This document shows, in pieces, positions 51,400 through 63,588 of a DNA stretch of 64,000 nt (its first letter is position 1; the number at the start of each line of letters is the position of its first letter). Location of the stretch: NCBI GenBank assembly GCA_030248215.1, contig JASANG010000753.1, forward strand, positions 310,001-374,000. Reading direction: 5' to 3'. Under the pieces are notes generated by a model. It ran no database searches. It saw only the letters and a program-made list of their open reading frames with translations, and was not told the DNA's origin. This stretch comes from Enoplolaimus lenunculus (lineage: Eukaryota). The position numbers and the translations under genes were made by a program.

Positions 51400-51650
51400 T
51401 CTGTAGGCAACTCAGCGTAGTGTATATGCGTTAAATAGAATATATCGCACCGTGTTTAACAACTGCAACACGTATACATAGTACTAAATCACCACAAGAC
51501 GTAAGAGCCCCTTCGAGTTCGAGCGTCAAGCTCCTATAGCTGAGTGGTGATAGTAAACGCCTCCCACTCCAGTCACTGGAGTTCGATTCCTAGCATAAAA
51601 GTAGGTCTCAGGGGAAATAGAAAATATTCATGTGAGAAAGGGTTAATTTC
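51400..51650 (+). repeat. Dispersed ~250-bp repeat with an internal tRNA-like A/B-box segment (SINE-like)
   Basis: tagctgagtgg (A-box-like, ~51537) and gagttcgattcc (B-box-like, ~51580), followed by gaaatagaaaatattca. Diverged relatives at ~22010-22220, ~38525-38770, ~45795-45925 (-) and ~61490-62005 (-). Confidence 0.45.
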
Positions 51651-54030
51651 AATATATATTTTCGGTCCGTGTAGAGATCATACGGAACGTTATTCCGTAT
51701 TACTAGAATAGAGTAAGCTTAAGCTTTACACTATATTTTTGCTCAGGTTTGAGCTTTAGGCTTAGGTACAGGCTCATTCTTTCGCTTAGGTATAGACGTA
51801 GGTTTAGGCTTAGGCTTGGAATATACTACTGTTCCGCCCCTGTTCTATACATTGGCCATGTGTTTCAACCTAAGCGCGTATTGTGTCATGCCAATCTGAG
51901 TGTAAATTATTTACATTTCCTGATCCAAAATATCCCTTAGCGACCAGTGGCGTCCCGAGAAATTAACATTGGGAGGCCGCGTCCTGCCTGGCCCGATTTG
52001 GGCCTAAAAGCGAACTTAGAATCCTTTACCAGTACAGATCTCAATTATTATGTGGGATTTATGAGGTTGGTCCGCTGCCCTAGTAGGCTCCTAAACCAAT
52101 TTCAGAGGTCTATTTAAGGTCCTTAAAATTGTGCAGATTGGGTGTGTCGACGAGGTCAAACTGTTTGCCACGTGTCACGGCTTGAAAAAAATATCGCGAG
52201 CGAAGCGATTGAAAAGCTAGACACTATTGCTTTTTACTCCAGTACACAACCTGAGTTTAACGTCTTTGTGGAAGAATTTTTGTAAAATATAAAATATTTC
52301 TAGGCACTAAGAGTTGAAACAGAGTGATCGAAGGCACGAAGCCAGAATTTAGGCTGAGCTTTGAGTAATTCGCGAGCGTAGCGAGCGAGAAGCTATACAT
52401 TGCTTCAGTATTAAATCTCTGAAAGAGCTTACGTAATTGTGAAGGTTTGCACAATTTTTATTACTATCTTTAGTTTTGAGCTGGGCATGTTGGAGATTTT
52501 GATTTGAAATTTTTGTATATGATGTAAATTATGACGCAGGTACTGAGATTCCGATTGGGTGGGCCGCGACCCCCCGGATCCCTGTCTCGGTTCGCCTTTG
52601 CTAGCGACTACCGGTAACTCATCATTATACCACACCGGGTAAGTAAAATGAAAACCGTTTTCAATTCTCGGCAGTAAACACCTATGCATTTCCTATATTC
52701 TAGCACCTAGTCCTGGTGTCATAAGGAGGGCAGCATAGAGCGTGTGTCAGCCCTGTCGGACTTGGTTTTGACCCTGCCGGCGATGTTAGAAAATTTTCCT
52801 ATTTTTTATAGTAGTCTAATTTTTTCTACGATGTGGGACCCTGCTAAATTTGGTGAGCCGAATACAGGGTAGTAGAATGTTGGTTTCGCCACGTTACTCT
52901 AGACCTCAGCCCTCCCTGAAAACATTTTTTCTCCCCCTAACCTTGCTTGTAAGTCATCGAAAACTATTGTATGCCCTCCTGAAAAATGTTCAGCTCCCTA
53001 GCATGGTGAGCTGCACAGCAAAAGATGGTGAGTTAAATTGACTCTCTCGGAAATAGGCTTTTCCTGACTACACAAACTGAATCAAATTCGACTCCACCAG
53101 AGTCAAATTCGATTCACTATATCGCGCGTTTGACTCTGGCGGAGTCGAATTTGACTCAGTTTGTGTAGTCTGTAAAAACCTATTTTCGAGAGAGTCAATT
53201 TGACTCACCATTTTTTACAGTATGGCTTCGGGGCCTGATCAGTAATGGTTGGTTTTATATTTAAGCCTTAAAGAAATAGATATTTTTCTAAATAAAACTT
53301 AGAAAGATATTTATAAATCTAAGTTTACCTAACCTCAAGCTGTTTAATGAACAAAGGGTATATTCGTTTTATGTAAATGCAAAATAGTTCGAAAATTGCT
53401 TCAATATTAAAAATTCTCAAAGTTTGAGTGTTGAGTTCAGTAGCACATATTAATAAATTCAAGATTATTTTAAAACGTTTCGAATTTTGGCCAATTCATT
53501 GAACACGGCTGTAACAATAGAATAAAGCATAACTCTAAGACTAAACGTAAGAATGCGGTTATACCTAAACCTAAGTGTAAGCAGAAAAAAGAAATCTAAA
53601 GCTTAAGCTGTACCGTAATGCAGTCTGGCAGGAAAACGGTCCGCCCTTGATCTTTACATGGGCCCTACTTGACTTTTTCTGAAATAGGCTTTACGGACTA
53701 CACAAACTCGGTCAAAATTAGAGTCCGCCATAGTCAAATTCGGCTCACTTGACTCTGGCAGAGTCGAATCTGGACACAGTTAGTGTATTCCGGAAAAGCC
53801 TATTTCGGAGAGAGTCAATTTGACTCACCATTTTTCGCAGTAAATGTATTTCGGGCAGCGTTACAGCTACAGAGACATCATATAAATACAAATTAGAACA
53901 CATTCTTTCGAAACTAAATGTAAACGATGTAGCAAAGAATTAAAAAGCGAACCGAAGTGTAAACAAAACGTATTGCACAGTTTTCAGGACTATAAAGTTT
54001 GGCGACGAATGTTTTTGAGTTACAAATTTG

Positions 54031-54180
54031 GACCCATGTATAGAACAGGGCCGGAACAGTAGTATAAACATATACCTAAGTCTAAGCCTAAGCCTAAGCA
54101 AAAAAAATTAGTCTACACCTTAAACTGACTCTATTATAACCCCTCCGGAAAACGATCTGGCCCCGTTCTATACATGGGCC
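54031..54180. mobile_element. TTAGGC-family MITE copy
   Basis: gacccatgtatagaac...gttctatacatgggcc, TSD caaatttg. Confidence 0.8.
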
Positions 54181-56098
54181 CAAATTTGCAACCCCGTTGA
54201 CCGGTTAAATTTATATTAAACACCGTAGGAAATTTATTCGCTATACTTTGTTGTCACAGCTTCACAAGGTTTTTTTTCATGTTAATAAAGCGAAAATCTA
54301 TAGACAATGTTTTGTTGTTACAGGCGTTAAGCTTAGGTTTAATCTTAGGTTTTGTAATCGGATTTTAGGCAATCGTCTTTAGATGTTGTAATCTTTTAGA
54401 AAGCAACATAAACGATGATTAAGCTTAGGCTTACAAGCCATTTGACACAAGCCTAAATTCAAATATTAAAATGTCATCTGTTTAAATTTTTGTATACGTT
54501 TCTGTTGCGAAACGACCGTTTTGTTATATATGCAGTTTATGCGGGGTTCACGTTATAACTGAGGCAGCCTGGAATACGTTTTGTTCCTATTACAATAGCG
54601 GGTAGCATTTTGTCTGCACGTAAATCCGCTGTCAAATTGAGAAAATTTGATTTGTCTGCTACCTTAATGTGACATCCACTATTTGTACTGCAATATCATA
54701 TGATATTCGAAATATTGTACGTCAGTATCATATGACAACATGGTTGAAAATGTCTGCAACGTTGTGGTAAACTAGCCTGAATGTCCTGTAGAATATCATA
54801 TGATACTAAAATTTAAAGTTTGAATTATTTGTACTTAGGAATATATTTAAGCAGAACTTTAACCAGAAACCGGAAAATAGAAGCTAATTCAGTGTTCGAA
54901 ATCACTTACAGCTAAATTACCTACCTTTTTGAGCATCCTGCATTATATCACGTGATTTTCCGTAGATTACGGAATTTCAGATGATATTCCCATAAATGTC
55001 CCGCGGTATCATGCGACATATGACTGTTTGTATACGATAATTTCTGAAGATGCGGAATTTGTAAGCCAATGTCATGTGACATTCACATTTGTCTACAAAC
55101 TGCTATTCACATCGCAAAATTTTATATTGACGTTGAATCATCATGGAACAAAATATGTTTTGGGATGCCCCAATGATATCGTGAACCCCGCATTTACAAT
55201 AATTTTATCAACGGGGCTACATAGCTCTTAAAACATCATTTTGGTCACATTCTCCCACAACTGCATTGAGTGCCTGCTGTCAGTTGATAATAGGTCGTGT
55301 AACTTTTGGCCAATGTATAGAACCATGCCATAACAGTGATACACCGAATATGACCGATGCTACTGATCGTTTGTTTTTAGTAAACAATTTGGGCCCAAAA
55401 TATGGATAAGGAAGCGTTAGACCGCCTCTGTTTGGCTGGATTGGCTTTGACTTAGGCTTATGAATATGCTTATGCTACTGTTACAACACTCGTCATGGGT
55501 CACAATTAATGACAAACCAGGGTTTATGTTAGGACAGTTTGCACATTTCAAAGCTACTATGACTGATGATAGGTGCTACACACATTTGAGAATACAATCC
55601 AAACTTTTCAAGCTGCAAACAGTATACCAACTGAACAAAAAATAGTCACGGTATTACTAACCATTGAGAGTGCTTAGCTTACACTCAACAGCCTACAACT
55701 ACTAAACATGGTTTAAGCAAGAATAAACATACATAGCGCTTTTGTAACCCATGTTAATTATAGGATCTGCCCGCTGGGTGACTGAGTGACTCAGACACTA
55801 GGAGGCTGTAATCTCAGTATTACGATTAAGCTTAGTGGGTTGAGCCATTTTTACTAAAACGGTCCTGTGAATCGTTGTTATTGCGAGGTTTAGGCTTAAA
55901 TTTAGGGGCCAATGTTACTTTTAGGGCCGTAACAATAGATTAAGCGTAGTCCTAAGCCTAAGCCTAAGCGTTGCAAAAGTGTGTTCCTAAGCCTAAGCCT
56001 AAGCCTAAGCAAAAAATGTAGTCTAGAATGTAAAGTCTACTTTTTTACAGACCCAATAGAAATCGAGACGGTCCTAAAGCGTAACTTGGGCCGGTTAC

Positions 56099-56533
56099 GA
56101 ATATGGTCAGGTTTAGGCTTAGGTTTCGGAATATGGTCAGGTTTAGGCTTAGGTTTAGGAATATGCTCAGGTTTAGGCTTAGGTTTCGGAATATGGTCAG
56201 GTTTAGGCTTAGGTTTAGGAATATGCTCAGGTTTAGGCTTAGGTTTAGAAATATGATCAGGTTTAGGCTTAGGTTTAGAAATGTGCTAAGGTTTAGGCTA
56301 AGGTTTAGGAATATGCTCAGGTTTAGGCTTAGGTTTAGAAATATGCTCAGGTTTAGGCTTAGGTTCAGGAATATGGTCAGGTTTAGGCTTAGGTTTAGGA
56401 ATATGCTCAGGTTTGGGCTTAGGTTTAGAAATATGCTCAGGTTTAGGCTTAGGTTTCGGAAAATGCTCAGGTTTAAGCTTAGGTTTATAAATATGCTCTC
56501 AGGTGTAGTCTTAGGTTTAAGAATATGCTCAGG
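56099..56533. repeat. 30-bp minisatellite built from telomere-like hexamers, about 14 copies
   Basis: Unit aatatgctcaggtttaggcttaggtttagg. Confidence 0.92.
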
Positions 56534-56833
56534 TTGTTGCACTAGTAACATTAGCTGTGACGTTTATTAATAAAATGCTTAACTTGTGTTGTAACAGACT
56601 CTTTTACTACAGACGGTGCTTTTTAAGAACAACAAGCTAAAATCAAACAAATTAAACTTTAATGTTATGGGTTTTTTGTCAAATTGTAGTTATACAAAGA
56701 TTAAGTTTTGCTTTGCTGCCGCTCTATTTTATTGCACTTAGAACCAAGATAACGAATACCTTTTGTCTGATTGCAGGCGATTTCTAACGGTTAATCAGCT
56801 GTAAAATGTTTTGCAATAGCTTTGTGTTTAATC

Positions 56834-57050
56834 GGCCCATGTAAAGATCAGGGGCGGAACGATTTTTCTGTTGGACTGCAATAGAGTAAGCTTAAGCTTT
56901 AGACTAATTTTTTTGCTTGGCTTAGGCTTAGGCTTAGGCGTATGCTTAAGAATATGCTCATTCTTACTCTTAGGTTTAGATTTAGGCTTAGGCTTAGGCT
57001 TACGAATATTTGCTTGTAATACCGTTCAGCCCCTGTTGTTTACATTGGCC
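56834..57050. mobile_element. TTAGGC-carrying MITE (Merlin-like), reference copy
   Basis: TIRs ggcccatgtaaa / tttacattggcc. Perfect 8-bp TSD gtttaatc at 56826-56833 and 57051-57058. Internal (ttaggc)n tracts. Confidence 0.85.
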
Positions 57051-58523
57051 GTTTAATCTAGGGGGCCATGGGTATAAAACTGCTCCCGACAAACGCGTTC
57101 ATCTGAAGCCTAAGCGTGGATCTACGCTTTAGACCAAAACCTAAACGTAGGCCTGAGAGGGTAAAGACTAATGTTTAAATCTAATCATAAGCTTGCGTCT
57201 AAAGCTTAAGCGTATGGCTAAGCGAATGTAGAGCACGCCTAAACATTGCCGATAAATCACTAAAACATAGACCCAGTATTAAGGTTATAAATCTTCTATC
57301 ACCGAGTCTATTTAAGGATATATATTTATATTTAATTATTTTTTATATATACATTCATATATAATACATAATATATAATATATATAATTTATGCGTATAT
57401 CTATATATTAAAGCTAGAATGCTCCACATACGTATTTTGGGCAACTTTCCAGCATTACTTTATATACAATGAATTCTTAAATTTTCTGTGAATAGAATAT
57501 CTGCGTGAAGATATTTGTGCACTCGCTAACGTTTGCGCATTACGCAAAAACGGCTGCCTAGTAATATATATGTCGCATGTCAGTACTGTCTAGGCAAAGT
57601 GTTAAACAACATTTACAGAGAATAATAAAAAAATTTCTATTAAAACAATTTCTCTCATGAATATTTTCAATTTTATTTGAAACATATTTTTAGTCTCAAG
57701 TTCGGGTCTATCAGACACAACGCGTTTACCATCACCACTCCGCTCCCACCATACTGACGGTCGAGTTGAGCTGAGCATAGTTAGGTGGTGCAGAAGTAAA
57801 CCTTTCATCAATTATACTGCAATAAAGTTAATTTATAATTTTATAAATGAAGTCTTTATTTGGAAAACATTTGATATTTTATGAAATTAGAAGATAGGCA
57901 TTGTAATCTTTGTCAAATATTAAGGCTTGCGCTATACTTTACTGTGCCGGATGCTGTCACGAGCCGCTGAGGGTTGCTAACAAATATACACACAAAATCT
58001 ATTCGGTGACGTGAACGCAATTTTTAATAATTTTGCCGTGTGCTGTAGAGCGACGGCGTCTGGCAGCACGCGTCGAGTATAGCGTATCCCTTACATTCAA
58101 ATTTTGCCCCGGATTTTGAAACGGAAAATCGAATTTAATGGTCCATATATAGAATAGGGCCGGATCGTTTTCCAGTGGAGCTGTATTAGAGTCAGTTTAA
58201 GCTGTAAATTAACTGTTTTGCTTTGGTTTAGGCTTAGGCTTACGAATATGCTTTTAGTTTAGCTGGGTATGAACTAGACCATAGTATTACGTACCATGTT
58301 GTTGTTCAGCGTGATAATAGGCAACCTAACGGAAGCATTTGTGTATCGTATGTTACATAAAGAATTAATTTTCAAAATCGAACCATTTTTGGCAAATGCA
58401 GGTATATAAAATACTGAATTAGATAATATCAGTATCACACGCTTCTATGCTGCATGGCTTGCTAAATTCAGATTTTAGGATTAATAACTATTAGCTATGT
58501 ATTTTAGTTGTTTTTTTGAACCA

Positions 58524-60211
58524 TTATCTTAATACAAAACGATTTGAAGATGTTAAAACAAAATAAGATATAAAAAGTGTAATACAAGAATAGACACAAT
58601 TTTGAATCACAATGATTGACAGCTGGGCAAAACGCCAAAATGACGGCCGCAGCCTTCGAAAGGCCGAGGCGGATAGGATGACGTTGTTGTTGTTGTTGTT
58701 GTTGTTGCTATTGTTGATAGAATATGCTGAATTACAATAGGGACTTTGACAAAAACACATTAACGTTTCAACGCCCATCACTGATGCTTCAGTGCATTCG
58801 GCTTTGAGTAATTTCGCATGCTGAACGTTGTCGACACAACCACGTAGTTTTTGACGGCCAACTAAAATTGAAATTGAAAAATGTTTTAAATTTTAAATGC
58901 TGTTCGGAAAATTTACTTTCAACCCTTGGCCCATGTAAAAGATCAGGGGTGGAACGTTTTTCTGTGGGATTGCAATAGAGCAAGCTTGACCTTTAGACTA
59001 ATTTTTTGCTTGGCTTAGGCTTAGGCTTAGGCTTAGGTTTAGGAAAATGCTCATTTTTACGCTCAGGTTTAGGCTTAGACTTAGAAATATGCTTATACCT
59101 ATTTCGGAGAGAATCAATTTGAGTCACCATTTTTTGCACCGAACGTATTTCGAGCAGCGTTACAGCTACAGAGACATCATATATACGCAAATTAGAACAC
59201 ATTCTTTTGAAACAAAATGTAAACGATGTAGCAAAGAATTAAAAACTGAACCGAAGTGTAAACAAAACGTATTGCACAGTTTTCAGGAATATAAAAAAGG
59301 TTGGCGAAAAATGTTTTTGAATTCGTCTGTGTAGAAAATAGCGTAAATCCTAAGCGTTCAGTTATACACATTCCTGCAACTTACTGTGAGCTTTGTAACA
59401 ATACAGGCCGTAACACATTCCTCCTTTACAGTTTTCAGACCCTTTACAATGGCAGTCAATTTTGCGGAATGGTGAGCCTAAAAAACAGCATGATAACTGA
59501 ACCCATAACGGGTAAATCTTACAAATTCATTCGCCCGACAACTCGTCGACTGACAACTTGCAATCGAAACGTCATTTAGTAGACACTTTGTTGGCCATTA
59601 TTATACTTGTAGGTTTAGGCTTAACGTTTTTGGATTATGCTTAGACCGAGGCTTTGGATTAGGCCGCTGTCGGCCGACAAAATATCGGGCGACATCGGGC
59701 GTACAATTGTCGTAGATTCCATTATAGTATCGCAAATATGGCCAATGTTACTTTAAGGGGCGTAACAGTAGATTAAGCGTGTTCCTAAGCCTAAGCCTAA
59801 TCCTAAGCGTTGCAAAAGTGTGTGCCTAAGCCTAAAGCCGAAGCCAAAGCATTGCAAAAATGTGTTCATAAACCTAAGCCTAAACAAAAAATGTAACTAG
59901 AATCTAAACCTACTATTTTATAGACCCACCGGAAATCTGGACGTCCCTTAAAGTAACATGGGCCATGAACTCTTCGGCAATTATATAATCTTTGCCTGGG
60001 ACAGATATACGTTTACGCAGCAAAGGCCTACCCTCGAACTCTTCTACAGTACCCTCAGATACCGGGACGGCCCTACAAGTAGCATGCAACCAAAAAAGGG
60101 TTAACTCAATACTTCAGTCATTTTGAGGGGTGGTAAGGGCCTTACCTGCAACATAACCATACGAAACCGATATTAACTCGGTCATAATTAACGCAATCAG
60201 CCACACATTGG
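58524..60211 (-). CDS. Small secreted Cys-rich protein, three-finger (Ly6/activin-receptor ectodomain)-like, with poly-Asn and hydrophobic C-terminus; 5' end unresolved
   Basis: Phase-1 exons 60146-60211 (hydrophobic, signal-like VWLIALIMTELISVSYGYVA), 59385-59477 (SPFRKIDCHCKGSENCKGGMCYGLYCYKAH) and 58524-58861 (GRQKLRGCVDN...AEC...MCFCQSPYCNSA, poly-N, hydrophobic tail, TAA). Ten domain Cys, ending in the CxCxxxxCN pattern. The start-codon exon was not identified. Confidence 0.65.
59740..59964. mobile_element. TTAGGC-MITE second subfamily (also 47976-48173, ~47755-47901, 55907-56092)
   Basis: TIRs ggccaatgttactttaaggg / cccttaaagtaacatgggcc with internal (gcctaa)n. TSD not clear. Confidence 0.7.
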
Positions 60212-60646
60212 CTGAACAACTTTGAGGCTTACGGATGCGAAGGCACAACGGTGTCGAAGAGGTTAATACTGATACGAATTGGGTTACCAACAAATTGATG
60301 CTTAATTTTAAGTTTAAAAACTTCACAAAGCACTCTATTGTATACACAAGCGCATGCAAAGACATAATTGCAATTTTGCGATATTTACTTGTACAGTGCA
60401 ATTTGCAGTTTGCATTATGCAAACAATATATATGCAGTCAACAAAGTTTGAGTGTCAACGTTTAGAGTAGAAATGGTATATATGAAACGGCAAAATTAGA
60501 GCTAAGCGGATATTAAGAGTTGTCCGGAAGTGGATACTGGGATAATATGTAGAATTTGGCGTATATATTTTGTTGACGACACGGCTGTTTCTATATTGTT
60601 AAATATTTTTAGTTATTTAATATAGTTCTGAAAAGTATATATGTAC

Positions 60647-61030
60647 TGTAGTGACCTGAATAAGTATGGGACTGATATTTCTTTGGCCTCTTCAGAGGGT
60701 ACCATCCTTGTTATTCGGTTACAGACTGGTATATTTTAAACCCACGCTCCGCGGCCCTTCGTTCCTGATATATATCCGGCACTGTAATTATCCTTTGAAT
60801 TAAACGATTATTTTTTGTATCAAAAGCTAGAGCGGTAATACAAGGTTACTTTGGAATGTTAGATTCATTGGTACTGGAGTCATTTGTACGCTACAGTTAG
60901 AGTTAATTGACATTTATGGACTCTAATTAGGGTTTAGGAACCCTATCGGCTTAAGGACTCTTATTAACAATACGGACTCCTATTGATATGAACTCAAACT
61001 GTGGACCCCTCTCTTATTACCCCCCCCCCC
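60647..61030. mobile_element. CTGTAG-TIR MITE with TA TSD (Tc1/mariner-like); other copies ~33667-34112 and ~38028-38419
   Basis: ta|ctgtagtgacctgaata...tattcgggtcactacag|ta, with the internal sequence shared among three copies. Confidence 0.75.
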
Positions 61031-63460
61031 GCATATTCGGGTCACTACAGTAAATATAAGATGTGAAATTTCTTACAAAATTTATTTAATATTAAAAGTT
61101 TGCCATTGTTTAATTAGGCTAGGAACTATTTGTACAGATTTTATGAATGACTCCGCCCACTTGTTCGCGGTGCCCTTTTTAAAAATAACAAGCACATTTA
61201 GAAAAGTTTTTAGTTTTTGTAAACATTAAATACGGACCGCTTTTCTGCGGGACTGCAATAGAGTAAGTTTAAGCTTTAGACTAATTTAGGATTTAGGCTT
61301 AGGAACATACTTTTACTGTTACGACCCTGTTCTTTACATTGGTCGCTAAAATTCAAAAAACGTTTTTCGAGTTAAAAGATTAGTTTCTGCTCAACTAATA
61401 TTGGTAGTCAAGATGTTGGTTTGATGACTATTACACCAAATAGAAATACATCCTTTGTATATATGAATTTAGCACAACAAACATTATCCGTTCACACTTG
61501 AATATTTTCTATTTCATTTGAAATCTATTTTCAATCTAAAATTTGAATCCGAATCTAAAATTTGGATCCGGAGTTGTGAGATGAGAGGAATTTGCCGTCG
61601 CCACTCGTAAGAACTGGACATCTCAATGCGAGGAGACTTTCTCAGGCGAGATCCAAAAATTTCTGACGAGGGGCGGACTGGCAAATGGTATGAAACGCAA
61701 AAATTGTAAGGTAGAGGAACCTTATCATTTTATTACCAATCAATTCTCTAAGGGGAAAACATTGTAAGGTTTTATCGCAAAAAATTTCTGAGGGTGAAAT
61801 TGTATTTTTACAAAAAAATTTCTGAGGAGACAAATTGTAAGGTGACCTTACAATTTTATTACAAAAAAAGTTCAGGGGGGGCGTACGCCCCCCCACTGGA
61901 TTGGCTAGTGAAAATTCTCACGCAGTGTCGATTACGTACTTTACTGTGCACGTACAATTTTTTAAACACTGCGCACTGTTTCGCGTATACAGTTTGCACT
62001 CGGTTGTTCAAGCCTAATGAGCTTACACATAAACCTAAGCCTAATGAGCTTACACATAAACCTAAGCCTAAGCCCAAGCAAAAAAATTAGTCAAAAGCTT
62101 AAGCATATTCTATTGCAGTCCCGCAGAAAAACGTTCCGCCGCTGATCTTTGCATGGACCCAAATTTAAAACCGAACAACGATTTGATGTGCCCAACGGCA
62201 AACGGTGTAATTTTTACCAGTAACCGTCAAATATTTTTGGTAGTTTTTTGGGGGGTCATGACTAAATTTGACGACCCCCAAATACTGAATAGGACATCAG
62301 GCTTTCTTTGGCTTTGTATTTATAGAGACAAATTAAAAAAATTTCAGCTAGAAACAGTAAAATAGTGTGACCTTTTAATCCCAAACAAATGTTTACAAAT
62401 TTCAAAACCTCGAACAATAGAGATTATATTTCAAAACTTTACATGCAACAAAGCACAAAATCAATTAGCATTTTCGGGGGAAGCTATTCTAAAACTGTCA
62501 TCACTGGACCAATGGTATGGCAGTATCCTAACGGGGTCTACCCTATCAGTGCCCACCCACCCTCAACCGGATCAAAAACTAAAACTTTGTATTACCAGTT
62601 ACTACTATCAAATTGCGTTTGGTTTCTCGCTCGCTTCGTTTGTGAGTTTTTTCACTATTATATATCGGGGCGCCCACCCTCGTCAAAAGTTTGTGCGGTT
62701 TGTTACCGGTCGAGAGGGCCATGGGTACACAGGTACATTCGTTTGGATGAGGAAAATTAAAACTCCATCAACTATATGAGCACCTAGGTTGCCTAGAACG
62801 ATTCCGGGGCCCAACACAAACCATACACAGGGCGCATACAGCATCGAGCAAGGGTGTACCCATAGTAGACCCCAAGAACGGCTAACGCTCTGCCAAATGA
62901 TTGTGACAATTTTATTTCGGTTTATAATTCTAAATGCCATCAAAGACACATAAAATTCAAAACCATAGCTACGTAATTGGCGTTGCCGCCCCGCCCTCGC
63001 CCCTGAGACCACAATTCTGGTTAATAAGCCTATCGAAGAGGGCATCAGGTTTATCATGCGTATTACGGGTAACATATCATTCACGAATGAATAACTTCAA
63101 TTTTAGACATTTAGCAAATGATTGAGTATTTTGTTGTTATGGTTGTGGTAGTACGACTCTCGTGTGGTACCCCTGAAACATTTTAGGCAAAGTGCTTATT
63201 GTACCCCCACACGTATAGGTTCAAGCCATTTGGGGGGGGTTACTGGCAGCAGAACTAGCGGCGCCCCATCTTAGTGAGAACGACAGTTAACGATTTGCTA
63301 TCTGTCGAATTAATATTTTCGCAGTTGTGTCTCGGTGCCGTACCCACAGTAAATTCAAGTTGCTCATTACGAGATTGGGGTTATGCCTTAAATTTAAAAC
63401 TTTTGTTGTTTTTGTGGTTTATTTAGGTTTATCGATGGGGGGCACCAGGTCAACGAAAAG

Positions 63461-63588
63461 ATATATATATATACATATATATACATATATATTTATATAT
63501 GTATGTATATATAGCTATATGTATATGTATATATTTATATATATGTACATATTTACATATATATGTATATATGTATATATACATATAG
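63461..63588. repeat. Imperfect (TA)n/(TATG)n microsatellite
   Basis: Read directly from the sequence. Confidence 0.85.

Noticed and set aside
51529..51600. Functional tRNA gene
   Set aside because: A/B-box-like motifs are present, but I could not form convincing acceptor and anticodon stems, and it is embedded in a dispersed repeat.
55981..56570. 155-168-aa ORFs rich in FRLR / LSLN / LGLG
   Set aside because: Translations of telomere-like hexamer repeats. The same applies to the LRLRLR, PKPKPK and LSLSLS ORFs in MITE copies across the window.
55907..57050. True telomere or healed chromosome break
   Set aside because: TTAGGC tracts are short, degenerate, in both orientations, and mostly enclosed by TIRs and TSDs.
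62886..62940. First exon (MAFRIINRNKIVTIIWQS) for the Cys-rich gene
   Set aside because: The candidate donor is phase 0, while the 60211 acceptor needs phase 1, so it is not supported without an intervening exon.
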